DNA of 39,624 nt from Gammaproteobacteria bacterium (GTDB taxonomy: Bacteria; Pseudomonadota; Gammaproteobacteria; UBA1113): assembly GCA_009885895.1 (NCBI GenBank), contig VFJV01000020.1:1-39624 (forward strand), in the 5' to 3' direction. Positions 28,412-36,989 of this stretch are shown here, one piece after another. The notes under the pieces were generated by a model. The model made no database searches. It was not told the origin of the DNA and was given only the letters and a program-made list of their open reading frames with translations. Position 1 is the stretch's first letter; each line of letters starts with the position of its first letter. Both the position numbers and the translations under genes were made by a program.

Positions 28412-29578
28412 TTAGGACTCCAATCCAAACACTTGCTTTAAATAGATGAGATAATGCGGATCAGGGCACATCGTTTTACCTGGAGTATCGGATACTTTTG
28501 CCACCGGATGGCCATTGCAATAAATCATTTTAATCACATTTTGCATTGCCTCTATACCCATATCATTGGTTAGATACGTGCCTATACCAAAAGCCACTTT
28601 GATTCTACCCTTAAAATGATGGTAAATGTTAAGAGCAATGTCAAAATTTAAATTGTCGCTAAACACCAAGGTTTTCGTTGTAGGATCGATACGATGCGCT
28701 TGATAGTGAGCAATCATTTTTTCCCCAAAAATAAAAGGATCGCCTGAATCATGGCGCACACCATCGAATAATTTACAGAAATATAAATCAAAATCATGTA
28801 AAAAAGCATCTAAACCATAGACATCCGTTAAAATAATACCTAATTCACCACGGTATTCTTGTGCCCAACGTTCAAAAGCAAATTGTTGACTGTATACCAA
28901 GCGCGGCCCCAGGGTTTGGCAAGCTTGTAGGTATTCATGCGCCATCGTTCCTATGGGTTTTAATTGTAATTTTTTTGCAAAATACACATTGCTGGTTCCG
29001 GTGAGTTGCTGCCCCAGTTTATTTTTGAGTACATCCAGCACCAAACCTTGCCAATCTTTGGAAAAACGCCGCCTAGTACCAAATTCAGAAAATACAAAGG
29101 CTTCGCCCTCGGTGTTTTCTGCAATCATTTTAACTTTGTTGCGCAATCTTATTTGTCCATCTAGAAGCAATTCTTTATAATTATTTTGATGCTGATAATA
29201 GATTTCATTGATCAGTGCTAAAATAGGAATTTCAAATAAAATAGTATGCAACCAGGGCCCTTTTATGGACAGCTCAAATTGGCCCTGCGTACAAATAGTG
29301 ACGAATTCCGGATTAAATCGAAAAATACGTAAAAATTCCACAAAGTCACTTTTAAAAAAAGGAATAGCACGCAGGTAATCTAATTCCTCTTTAGTGTACG
29401 ATAATAAGGCTAAATCGTTAATTGCTTGACGAAGCTCGTGCGCATAAGGCCTTAAGTCTACATTAGGATTACGGCATTTAAAACGATATTCCACCATAGC
29501 ACCCGGGAATTGGTGCAAGACCGTTTGCATCATGGTTAATTTATAAAAGTCGGTGTCTAATAGTGAGTCTATGATCAT
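28412..29578 (-). CDS. pncB: Nicotinate phosphoribosyltransferase
   Basis: N-terminal LLDTDFYKLTMMQ, plus FGTRRR and GTMAHE blocks typical of PncB. Confidence 0.92.
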   Translation of the reverse strand: MIIDSLLDTDFYKLTMMQTVLHQFPGAMVEYRFKCRNPNVDLRPYAHELRQAINDLALLSYTKEELDYLRAIPFFKSDFVEFLRIFRFNPEFVTICTQGQFELSIKGPWLHTILFEIPILALINEIYYQHQNNYKELLLDGQIRLRNKVKMIAENTEGEAFVFSEFGTRRRFSKDWQGLVLDVLKNKLGQQLTGTSNVYFAKKLQLKPIGTMAHEYLQACQTLGPRLVYSQQFAFERWAQEYRGELGIILTDVYGLDAFLHDFDLYFCKLFDGVRHDSGDPFIFGEKMIAHYQAHRIDPTTKTLVFSDNLNFDIALNIYHHFKGRIKVAFGIGTYLTNDMGIEAMQNVIKMIYCNGHPVAKVSDTPGKTMCPDPHYLIYLKQVFGLES

Positions 29579-29605
29579 CGTACAGTCCTAATATTAAACT
29601 TAAGA

Positions 29606-29697
29606 TGGAGGAGAGGGCGGGATTCGAACCCGCGTGGAGCGTAAAGCCCCCGACCGATTTCGAGTCGGTGCCGTTATGACCGCTTCGGTACCTCTCC
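29606..29697 (-). tRNA. tRNA-Ser (anticodon CGA), long variable arm, CCA apparently encoded
   Basis: The reverse complement reads GGAGAGGTACCGAAGCGGTCATAACGGCACCGACTCGAAATCGGTCGGGGGCTTTACGCTCCACGCGGGTTCGAATCCCGCCCTCTCC-T-CCA. It has a 7-bp acceptor stem, anticodon loop CU-CGA-AA, the T-loop GGTTCGAATCC and a class II variable arm. Confidence 0.9.
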
Positions 29698-29706
29698 ATT
29701 AATAAT

Positions 29707-30414
29707 CTAAAGTATTCCTAACCGTGTAGACGCCTTTTTATAGAACTGGATGACATCGCCTAAATCGAGTCGAAAACGATCTTTATCGTAAATTTCACCG
29801 CTTTGTATATCCCATAAACGGCAGCCATCTAAGGTAAATTCATCACCCAATAACAATTCTCCCTGATAATACCCAAATTCCAGCTTAAAGTCGACTAAAT
29901 CAAAGCCCGCTTTTGCAAAAAAAGGCTTTAAAATGTTATTGACGCGGTGGGTTAATACCTTCATGCTCGCTAAATTTTCTTTGCTTGCCAACTGCATCAT
30001 AAAAATATGATCTTCAGTGATAATCGGATCTCCCAAAGAATCGTCTTTCAAGAAAAACTCAAAGATAGGTGGAGCAAATACTCTACCCCGCTCTATTCCT
30101 AAACGCTTGCAAATACCGCCCGCAGCTCTATTGCGCACGATGCATTCTATAGGAAGCATATCTAAGCGTCGTACAACGATTTCCGTATCGCTTACTTTTT
30201 TTAACCAATGCGTCTTAATGCCATTTTCAGCCAACATCGCCATGATAAAGGCATCAAAAGCGCAATTAACACGACCCTTTTCCTCTAAAACAGCATGCTT
30301 CGCGCCATTGCCCCCGGTGGCATCATTGCGAAATTCAACCAGCAGTTCAGAAGGCTTTCCGATATCATAAACCGTCTTGGATTTTCCCTTATAGAGCGCT
30401 AGGCGTTCACTCAT
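29707..30414 (-). CDS. purC: Phosphoribosylaminoimidazole-succinocarboxamide (SAICAR) synthase
   Basis: LYKGKSKTVY..., LPIECIVRNRAAG and LVDFKLEFG motifs. Length is 235 aa. Confidence 0.95.
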   Translation of the reverse strand: MSERLALYKGKSKTVYDIGKPSELLVEFRNDATGGNGAKHAVLEEKGRVNCAFDAFIMAMLAENGIKTHWLKKVSDTEIVVRRLDMLPIECIVRNRAAGGICKRLGIERGRVFAPPIFEFFLKDDSLGDPIITEDHIFMMQLASKENLASMKVLTHRVNNILKPFFAKAGFDLVDFKLEFGYYQGELLLGDEFTLDGCRLWDIQSGEIYDKDRFRLDLGDVIQFYKKASTRLGIL

Positions 30415-30417
30415 TGC

Positions 30418-30741
30418 TTAGGATGCTCCTACCGTGGCGTTATTGGCGCTACTGCTCAGGGTGGGTGTTGCCGCTTTAGGCTTTTGTTTAGCCAATGCCA
30501 ATTCAAAGGCAAGACTGCCTGGTGGTAAAATGGAAACCGTCTTCACATCGGCCATAGGCCCTACTGGCACTACATAGTAATTATCCGCTCCTTCTGCGCT
30601 AACCCCGGGTGGCATCTTAAGAACACCCAAGCTTGCTTGCTTTTGATAATAACTGCCATAATCGTTTTTACCGGCTACGCCACAACCCAGCAATGCGCTA
30701 CCCAGTAGAAAGAGTAGCAGTGCATTTGCTTTTTTATTCAT
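30418..30741 (-). CDS. Small lipoprotein resembling only the N-terminal BamD-binding segment of BamC
   Basis: I prefer the ATG at 30741 (8-nt overlap with the dapA stop), which gives MNKKANALLLFLLGSALLGC with a lipobox. It sits between dapA and purC, as bamC/nlpB does in E. coli. LKMPPGVS...DNYYVVPVG...VSILPPGS parallels E. coli BamC LHAPAGMILPV..GDYAIPVT...LDIRPPAQ (from memory). Confidence 0.5.
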   Translation of the reverse strand: MNKKANALLLFLLGSALLGCGVAGKNDYGSYYQKQASLGVLKMPPGVSAEGADNYYVVPVGPMADVKTVSILPPGSLAFELALAKQKPKAATPTLSSSANNATVGAS

Positions 30742-31624
30742 TATTTTCTCCCAATAGGCCCGCAGCCTGCATAGCCTGCAAAACGGTATCATGATATTCC
30801 TTTGAGAGCACGGTCAAAGGTAAACGGATACCCGCACGAATTAATTTCATTTTATAGGCCGCCCATTTTACGGGAATAGGATTGGTTTGCACGCCCAGAG
30901 CGTGGTGCAATGCTTGCATCTTAGAATCCAGCTCATCGGCTTTTGCTTTATTGCCCTGCAGTGCTGCCTCAGCCATTTCGTGCATTAGCATAGGCACTAT
31001 ATTGGCGCTTACAGAAATAACCCCCTTGCCACCGGCTAGCATTAAATCTTTACAACTGCTGTCATCGCCGCTCAAAATACTCAAACGCGAGCCGCATAAT
31101 TTAATTAATTGCAGATAACGTGCTCTATCGTGCACTGCTTCTTTAATACCGATGATATTACTGCATTCTGCTAAGCGGGCCACGGTTTCAGGTAACATAT
31201 CGCAGGCCGTACGCGTGGGGACATTGTATAAAATCTGCGGTACAGGAACCGCATCGCTGATTGCCTTAAAATGCTGATACAAGCCTTCTTGTGTAGGCCT
31301 AATATAGGCCGGCGTCATCAGCAAACAACCATCCACACCCAATTCCATAGCATTAAAGGTTTTGTCTATGGTTTTATGCGTGCTATTAGCGCCCGTACCG
31401 GCAATAACGGGAATACGTGAATCGACTTTGCGCACCACAAAATGAATTAATTTATTAATTTCTTCCTCGCTAAGGGTTGCACCTTCACCGGTTGTACCGG
31501 CAATGACCAAACCATCGCTTTTTTGCTCAATATGGAAGGCGATTAATCGCCCCAAACTGGTATAATCAATATTGCTCTCTTCATCCATGGGAGTGACTAA
31601 GGCAACTAAACTGCCGTGAAACAT
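30734..31624 (-). CDS. dapA: 4-hydroxy-tetrahydrodipicolinate synthase
   Basis: MFHGSLVALVTPM..., GTTGEGATLS and the IIGIKEA active-site Lys region. Length is 296 aa. Confidence 0.95.
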   Translation of the reverse strand: MFHGSLVALVTPMDEESNIDYTSLGRLIAFHIEQKSDGLVIAGTTGEGATLSEEEINKLIHFVVRKVDSRIPVIAGTGANSTHKTIDKTFNAMELGVDGCLLMTPAYIRPTQEGLYQHFKAISDAVPVPQILYNVPTRTACDMLPETVARLAECSNIIGIKEAVHDRARYLQLIKLCGSRLSILSGDDSSCKDLMLAGGKGVISVSANIVPMLMHEMAEAALQGNKAKADELDSKMQALHHALGVQTNPIPVKWAAYKMKLIRAGIRLPLTVLSKEYHDTVLQAMQAAGLLGENNE

Positions 31625-31788
31625 GCAACTATCCTCGTATGACCACTGAAGGTTGAATCATACCCTGCCAAACAAAGAAACTCAAGTTTTAGCCGTATAA
31701 AAATAGTATATTATTTTCACATAGTGCATGGGATGAGGAAATTAAACTATACTGTGGAACTAAAGGAACTTTATTGGGTTGATTTATT

Positions 31789-32577
31789 GTGAAATTTTTT
31801 CGGTTTTTGCAAAAATGGATTGTTGGCTATTTAATGTGCGAAAAGCCCAGGGTTAACCTGCCTATTTGTGACTTTGATAAACTATCCTACGAAATTAGGC
31901 CGGCGGATGTCTTATTGGTCGAAGGACGTACTCGTATTAGTGAATTTACCAAAAGTATCACCCAGAGTCCCTGGTCACATGCTGTGCTGTACATAGGCCG
32001 CCTTCACGATATTGAACACCCAATCCTGCGACAGAAAATTAAAGATTTTTATCAGGGCGAACCCACAGAGCAACTGATAATTGAAAGTTTGCTAGGCTCA
32101 GGAACCATTGTTTCGCCATTAAGCCGCTATAAAATGGAGCATATGCGCATTTGCCGACCCAGCGGTATTTCAAAAGCAGATGCGCAAAGTGTCATAGCTT
32201 ATGCGATTGATCGCCTGGGATATCAATATGACGTACGTCAAATTCTAGATTTAGGCCGATTCTTTTTGCCCTGGAAATTTTTTCCTAGGCGCTGGCGTTC
32301 CAGCCTGTTTACCGAAGACAGTACTTCTACCCGACAAATTTGCTCTACACTCATTGCCGAGGCTTTTCGCTCCGTGCAATTTCCTATTTTACCCATTATT
32401 AAAGAAACTCAGGAGCAAAATATACAATTAACACCCGGAAACCCCAGACTGTATACGCCTAAAGATTTTGATTATTCGCCCTTCTTTCAAATTATTAAAT
32501 ACCCTATTTTCACTTTATCCGAAAACGCGTTGTACCATCATTTGCCTTGGGAAGATACTAGCGAGAAAAAGGTATAA
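31789..32577 (+). CDS. YiiX/YaeF-like permuted papain-fold (C92-type) protein
   Basis: His-first then Cys order. ADVLLVEGRTRISEFTKSITQSPWSHAVLYIG is followed much later by RQICSTLIAEAF. GTG start at 31789; an alternative ATG lies at 31837. Confidence 0.5.
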   Translation: MKFFRFLQKWIVGYLMCEKPRVNLPICDFDKLSYEIRPADVLLVEGRTRISEFTKSITQSPWSHAVLYIGRLHDIEHPILRQKIKDFYQGEPTEQLIIESLLGSGTIVSPLSRYKMEHMRICRPSGISKADAQSVIAYAIDRLGYQYDVRQILDLGRFFLPWKFFPRRWRSSLFTEDSTSTRQICSTLIAEAFRSVQFPILPIIKETQEQNIQLTPGNPRLYTPKDFDYSPFFQIIKYPIFTLSENALYHHLPWEDTSEKKV

Positions 32578-32582
32578 TGCAA

Positions 32583-32602
32583 GGGCGCCATAGAAAGCGC
32601 CC
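32583..32602. terminator. Short GC hairpin between convergent genes (GGGCGC-N8-GCGCCC), no T-tract
   Basis: The inverted repeat was read directly from the sequence. It lies between the stops at 32577 and 32627. Confidence 0.25.
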
Positions 32603-32626
32603 CTACAAAACGAGCTACCCCGCTTT

Positions 32627-32938
32627 CTAAGCAACCGTAACATGCCCTTTAATACTGGCTAATAACTTATCGCTAATGCCAGGAACATTACTTAAGTCAT
32701 CTACAGTCTTAAAAGCCCCATTTTCTTTACGGTAGTCGATAATGGCTTGTGCTTTTTTAGACCCCAGCCCTTTTATGCTTGATAATTGATCGACTGTTGC
32801 TGTATTGACATTAACCATTGCCGCGGCGGTTGCTGATGCTGGTTTTGCCGGTGCTTTTTCTGCCGCATAGATCGATTGCGCAAAACATCCCACGGCCAAA
32901 GCCAGAACGGCAAGACTTATTTTCCATTGCTTATTCAT
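32627..32938 (-). CDS. comEA: ComEA-like helix-hairpin-helix DNA-binding protein
   Basis: Signal peptide followed by VNVNTATVDQLSSIKGLGSKKAQAIIDYRKENGAFKTVDDLSNVPGIS, the classic ComEA HhH module. Confidence 0.85.
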   Translation of the reverse strand: MNKQWKISLAVLALAVGCFAQSIYAAEKAPAKPASATAAAMVNVNTATVDQLSSIKGLGSKKAQAIIDYRKENGAFKTVDDLSNVPGISDKLLASIKGHVTVA

Positions 32939-32967
32939 ACATTCACTCCCAAAAAACAGTTGTTATT

Positions 32968-33008
32968 GAAAGTGGTTTATGCCCTTTTGGGGGTATAAAC
33001 CCACTTTC
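32968..33008 (-). promoter_or_regulatory. Long stem-loop between the 175-aa membrane protein gene and comEA (terminator or comEA leader structure)
   Basis: GAAAGTGG-TTTAT ... ATAAA-CCCACTTTC with an inner CCC-TTTT-GGG. On the minus strand a T6 run follows 13 nt after the stem, and the comEA ATG lies about 30 nt downstream of the stem. Confidence 0.4.
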
Positions 33009-33079
33009 CCGTAGACTCCTAAAAGAGAGCCCGGATAGGATTATACATGCATTTTATTAAAATGTATACATGGTTTGTT

Positions 33080-33607
33080 TTATTTTTGAGGAGCTAATGC
33101 ATGAAAAGGTCGCTTGCTCAAAATAATGACCAATAAGCCCAGGGCTAGCGATAATGGCGGCATTAAAATCATGATAAGGGCAAGCCAGGCTCTAAAGGAA
33201 AACGCTTCTGTTAAACGCCAGCACAAACGTATGTATTGATAAAAGCCAAATAGTATCGAGAATAAAAAAATGCCGAAAATAAAAAACTCGGGTTTAGACA
33301 CCAGAATAGTCTGGGTTGTCACTTGCATGGGATTAGCCATGCTACTCTCTAGGGAGGGATCGCCAAAAATACGCATATACCAGGGCACCATATAAGGCAC
33401 CCCATAAATAAAAATAGAGGTCATGATACAAGAATGTATAGGCCTTTTCATACGCACTACCCGTGCCCAACAAAAAAACACCCATACAGGAATGAGAGCA
33501 TACCAACCACGCAGTCCAGCTAAACTAAAGACCCGCCATAAACCGCCATAAATGATAACAAAGAAAAGTAATAGGCCTAAGCAATCTAGAAGCAGTTTGC
33601 TATTCAT
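33080..33607 (-). CDS. Integral membrane protein, unknown function, appended to the secDF operon
   Basis: 175 aa with about 5 TM helices. AAGGAG lies 6 nt upstream of the ATG, and the gene starts 14 nt after the secF stop. Confidence 0.6.
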   Translation of the reverse strand: MNSKLLLDCLGLLLFFVIIYGGLWRVFSLAGLRGWYALIPVWVFFCWARVVRMKRPIHSCIMTSIFIYGVPYMVPWYMRIFGDPSLESSMANPMQVTTQTILVSKPEFFIFGIFLFSILFGFYQYIRLCWRLTEAFSFRAWLALIMILMPPLSLALGLLVIILSKRPFHALAPQK

Positions 33608-33621
33608 GTTATCTCCTTGTT

Positions 33622-34542
33622 TTAAGGCCTATCATCCAAAACATCGCGTGATGGTGGCAATAAGTCGCGGCGATCTAAACCTAAAGCAACCGCTAATGCA
33701 CCCGCCACGTAAATGGAGGAGTACGTTCCTACAATGATACCCACAACCATTGCCGCTGCAAAGCCATGTAAAGTCGCACCGCCAAAGAAAAATAGCGATA
33801 ATACGGCTAATAGCGTTAATCCTGACGTCATGATGGTGCGAGATAGGGTTTGATTGACGGATAAATTAACAACCTCTGAAGGACTACCCTTACGGCTTTT
33901 ACGAAAATTTTCGCGTATACGATCGAACACAACGATAGTATCGTTTAATGAAAAACCCATAACCGTCAGTAAAGCCGCCAAAGAGGTTAAGTCAAAGGGC
34001 ATTTGAAAATAGGAGAAGATCCCTAAAATAATGAGTGGATCGTGAATAAGCGCAACCAAAGCACTAATGGCAAAGCGGTATTCAAAACGAAACGCAATGT
34101 AAATCGCCGTACCTAGCATTGCCAATATCAAAGCCAACGCACCGTTGGTGGCCAATTCTTTGCCCACTTGCGGCCCAATATAGGCGGTACTTTGCAAAGT
34201 AGCCCCCTTCAAATGAGCGACGACCTCCTTGCCTATATCTTTATTTTGCACATTGTCTTGTTTTCCGGCTAGACGTATTAATATAACTTTTGCGGTACCA
34301 TAAATTTGCACTTTAACGTCTTTATAACCCGCTTGTTCCAAGGTGCTGCGCACGGTTTCTAAATTTTTTGCTTCTGAGAAGGCAGCCACTACTTCGGTAC
34401 CGCCCGTAAATTCCAAACCCCAGTTTAAACCTTTAATAGCCAAGGTTAAGATACACAATAACGCTATGAGTACCGATGCGGACATGGCCCACTTACGCAG
34501 GCCCATAAAATTAATTGAAGTATTTTGTTTAAAAAATTCCAT
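33622..34542 (-). CDS. secF: Protein translocase subunit SecF
   Basis: GLEFTGGT, SLNDTIVVFDRIRE and six TM helices, directly after secD. Confidence 0.95.
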   Translation of the reverse strand: MEFFKQNTSINFMGLRKWAMSASVLIALLCILTLAIKGLNWGLEFTGGTEVVAAFSEAKNLETVRSTLEQAGYKDVKVQIYGTAKVILIRLAGKQDNVQNKDIGKEVVAHLKGATLQSTAYIGPQVGKELATNGALALILAMLGTAIYIAFRFEYRFAISALVALIHDPLIILGIFSYFQMPFDLTSLAALLTVMGFSLNDTIVVFDRIRENFRKSRKGSPSEVVNLSVNQTLSRTIMTSGLTLLAVLSLFFFGGATLHGFAAAMVVGIIVGTYSSIYVAGALAVALGLDRRDLLPPSRDVLDDRP

Positions 34543-34551
34543 CGTGTTTCC

Positions 34552-36432
34552 TTATATGCCGATCGACAATTGAGTCAAGCGTACTTTGTGGCCGTAAATT
34601 AAGTTGACAATGGCGCGCGTGCCCGTAATTGCCGTAAACATAGAGGTTAAAATACCAATGGTTAAGGTTACTGCAAAGCCTTTCACCGGCCCGGAACCTA
34701 TCATCAATAAGGCCATCGCGGCAATGAGCGTTGTTACATTGGAGTCTACAATGGTGGCAAAAGCACGTTCATAGCCTGCTTGGATACTCGCCTGTGGCGA
34801 TACTCCATTACGTAATTCTTCGCGTATGCGCTCGAATATTAACACATTGGCATCTACGGCCATCCCTAAGGTGAGTAGAATCCCCGCTATACCGGGCAAG
34901 GAAAGCGTTGCACCCAACACGGATAATACGGCAACTAACAACAATAAATTCATACCCAAAGCAATGTTTGCCAATAAACCAAAGAAACGATAATAGAGCA
35001 TCATGAAAATGACGATAAGGATAAAGCCCACTTCAATGGAAAAAACACCTTTATCAATGTTTTCGGCCCCCAAACTAGGCCCGATGGTACTTTCTTCAAT
35101 AATGGCCACAGGCGTAGGCAAAGAACCCGCACGCAATAGCAATGTCAGATCGCGCGCTTCATTCATATCCGATAAACCGGTAATTTGGAAAGTACTAGGT
35201 AAAGCACTTTGGATAGTGGCAATATTGATGATGCGTTCACTCTTGCGCTGAGTGTATTGGGTTTCACCTTTTAGCATCATGGGGGTTAATGTTGTTTCTA
35301 CATAGACTATGGCCAATGGTTTACCGACATTCTCACCGGTAATACGATAAAAAGAAGCTTCTCCTCCACCGCCTAAGGTAATAGACGCTGCAGGTTTCCC
35401 ATCTTCACCTACCGTAGCGGTTGCATTGGTAATGGATGAGCCGGATAAAACAACCCGATCTTGTAATAACACTGGTATGGCTTGGGTCATGCCCGAGGAT
35501 AAAAAAGAATACAGCGTTGTTCCGGCGGGTATAAGGCCACTGTCTTTTGCTTGTGCGGCATCGTGCTGTGTATCTTCTAAATGAAATTCAAGGGTTGCAG
35601 TTCCCCCTATGATTTGTTTAGCGCGCGCGGTATCTTGCACTCCAGGTAAATCGACCGAAATACGATCGGCTCCTTGACGCTGCACTATGGGTTCATTGAC
35701 ACCCAATTCATCTATACGTTTACGTAAAACGGATATGGTTTTATCCACAGCGAAGTTTTGCGCATCCGCTCGGGCTTGCGCTGATAAGTTGGCAAGCACA
35801 ATCCACTGCCCACCATTGGATGTTACCGTTTGTGTAAATTCAGGATAATCTGTGGCCAAAACAGCGGCTATTTTGTCGGCGGTATCGCGATCGGCTGCGC
35901 GGATACTAATGCCATTTTGATTATCTTGTAATCCTAAATAGCGCACTCCATTTTTACGTAATGCATCAGAAATATTACGTTCGGCCGCTTGCATACGGTG
36001 CGTTATTAGCGAATTAACATCAATAGCCATTAAAAAATGCACGCCGCCGCTTAAGTCTAAGCCTAAATGTATGGGCATGGCGCCTATGGCTTGTAGCCAT
36101 TTAGGCGTAGTGGTTGCTAGGTTTAAGGCAACGGTATATCCTTCTCCTAAAGTGTCTTTAATAACATCTGCAGCACGCAATTGTAGATCGGCATTAGCAA
36201 AGTGATACAACACGCTGTCATCGCCTGTTTTTTCTATTTCACTGTAATTCAGCTGTTGCGTGGCTAAGGCTGTTTGCACCCCGTTTAGGATGGGCACGTC
36301 CAAGGAATGCTTATTCTGTGCAGAAACTTGTACTGCAAAATCTTTTTTATATAGATTTGGTAAAGAATACAAAATTCCAAACAAAATCATAACGACGACG
36401 AGTATATATTTCCACGCTGGATAGCGATTCAT
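34552..36432 (-). CDS. secD: Protein translocase subunit SecD
   Basis: LGLDLSGGVHF, a large periplasmic domain and the C-terminal TM bundle with AVDANVLIFERIREE. Confidence 0.95.
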   Translation of the reverse strand: MNRYPAWKYILVVVMILFGILYSLPNLYKKDFAVQVSAQNKHSLDVPILNGVQTALATQQLNYSEIEKTGDDSVLYHFANADLQLRAADVIKDTLGEGYTVALNLATTTPKWLQAIGAMPIHLGLDLSGGVHFLMAIDVNSLITHRMQAAERNISDALRKNGVRYLGLQDNQNGISIRAADRDTADKIAAVLATDYPEFTQTVTSNGGQWIVLANLSAQARADAQNFAVDKTISVLRKRIDELGVNEPIVQRQGADRISVDLPGVQDTARAKQIIGGTATLEFHLEDTQHDAAQAKDSGLIPAGTTLYSFLSSGMTQAIPVLLQDRVVLSGSSITNATATVGEDGKPAASITLGGGGEASFYRITGENVGKPLAIVYVETTLTPMMLKGETQYTQRKSERIINIATIQSALPSTFQITGLSDMNEARDLTLLLRAGSLPTPVAIIEESTIGPSLGAENIDKGVFSIEVGFILIVIFMMLYYRFFGLLANIALGMNLLLLVAVLSVLGATLSLPGIAGILLTLGMAVDANVLIFERIREELRNGVSPQASIQAGYERAFATIVDSNVTTLIAAMALLMIGSGPVKGFAVTLTIGILTSMFTAITGTRAIVNLIYGHKVRLTQLSIGI

Positions 36433-36495
36433 GCGGTTTCCTTAAATGGGTATTCCCCATCCTCTGATGGGCAAAGCGAAGCACACTTTTCGCAT

Positions 36496-36584
36496 TTGAT
36501 TTTTAGGGGGGGTTCCCTACACCCATCTCTTGGTGCTCAATGGCTCAGCACCTACCCTAAAAATCAACTGCTGTGAGTATAAAA
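36496..36584. repeat. Second copy of the TTGATTTTTAGGG / CCCTAAAAATCAA palindromic element family
   Basis: Perfect 13-bp inverted pair at 36496-36508 and 36555-36567 enclosing 46 nt, including the hairpin GGTGCT...AGCACC. The right arm CCCTAAAAATCAACTGCTGTGAGTATAAAAG resembles the arms at 24192/24317 and the reverse complement of 24209-24241. Confidence 0.65.
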
Positions 36585-36585
36585 G

Positions 36586-36930
36586 CTAGTTTTTTACGGT
36601 ACCTTTAGGTAAACAAGCCACAATGGCTGTTTTTTGGACTTTAATTTCCATCCCTTTGGCCACTTCTACGTTGGCTATGTTTTCATGGATGCTAACGATC
36701 ACACCCAAAATTCCACCAGCAATAACCACTTCATCGCCAGTCGTGACTGCGGCTAACATTTGTTTGGTTTCTTTTTGGCGCTTGCTTTGGGGGCGAATCA
36801 TGAAAAAATAAAAGAATAAGAAAAACACACCAATAAACAGCAAAAAGCTTAAGTTACCACCCGTTTGGGAATGTGTGCTTACTGCTGCATCGGTTGTTGC
36901 CGCTAGGGCTGTAGGGATTAGAAAACTCAT
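36586..36930 (-). CDS. yajC: Preprotein translocase accessory subunit YajC
   Basis: Single TM helix followed by the MIRPQSKRQKE motif and a GDEVVIAGGILG beta domain. Confidence 0.9.
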   Translation of the reverse strand: MSFLIPTALAATTDAAVSTHSQTGGNLSFLLFIGVFFLFFYFFMIRPQSKRQKETKQMLAAVTTGDEVVIAGGILGVIVSIHENIANVEVAKGMEIKVQKTAIVACLPKGTVKN

Positions 36931-36989
36931 ATCGGGCTCCTATTGTAATAAAGGACAAACTTTACCTGGTTTAGGAGAAATACGCAAGC

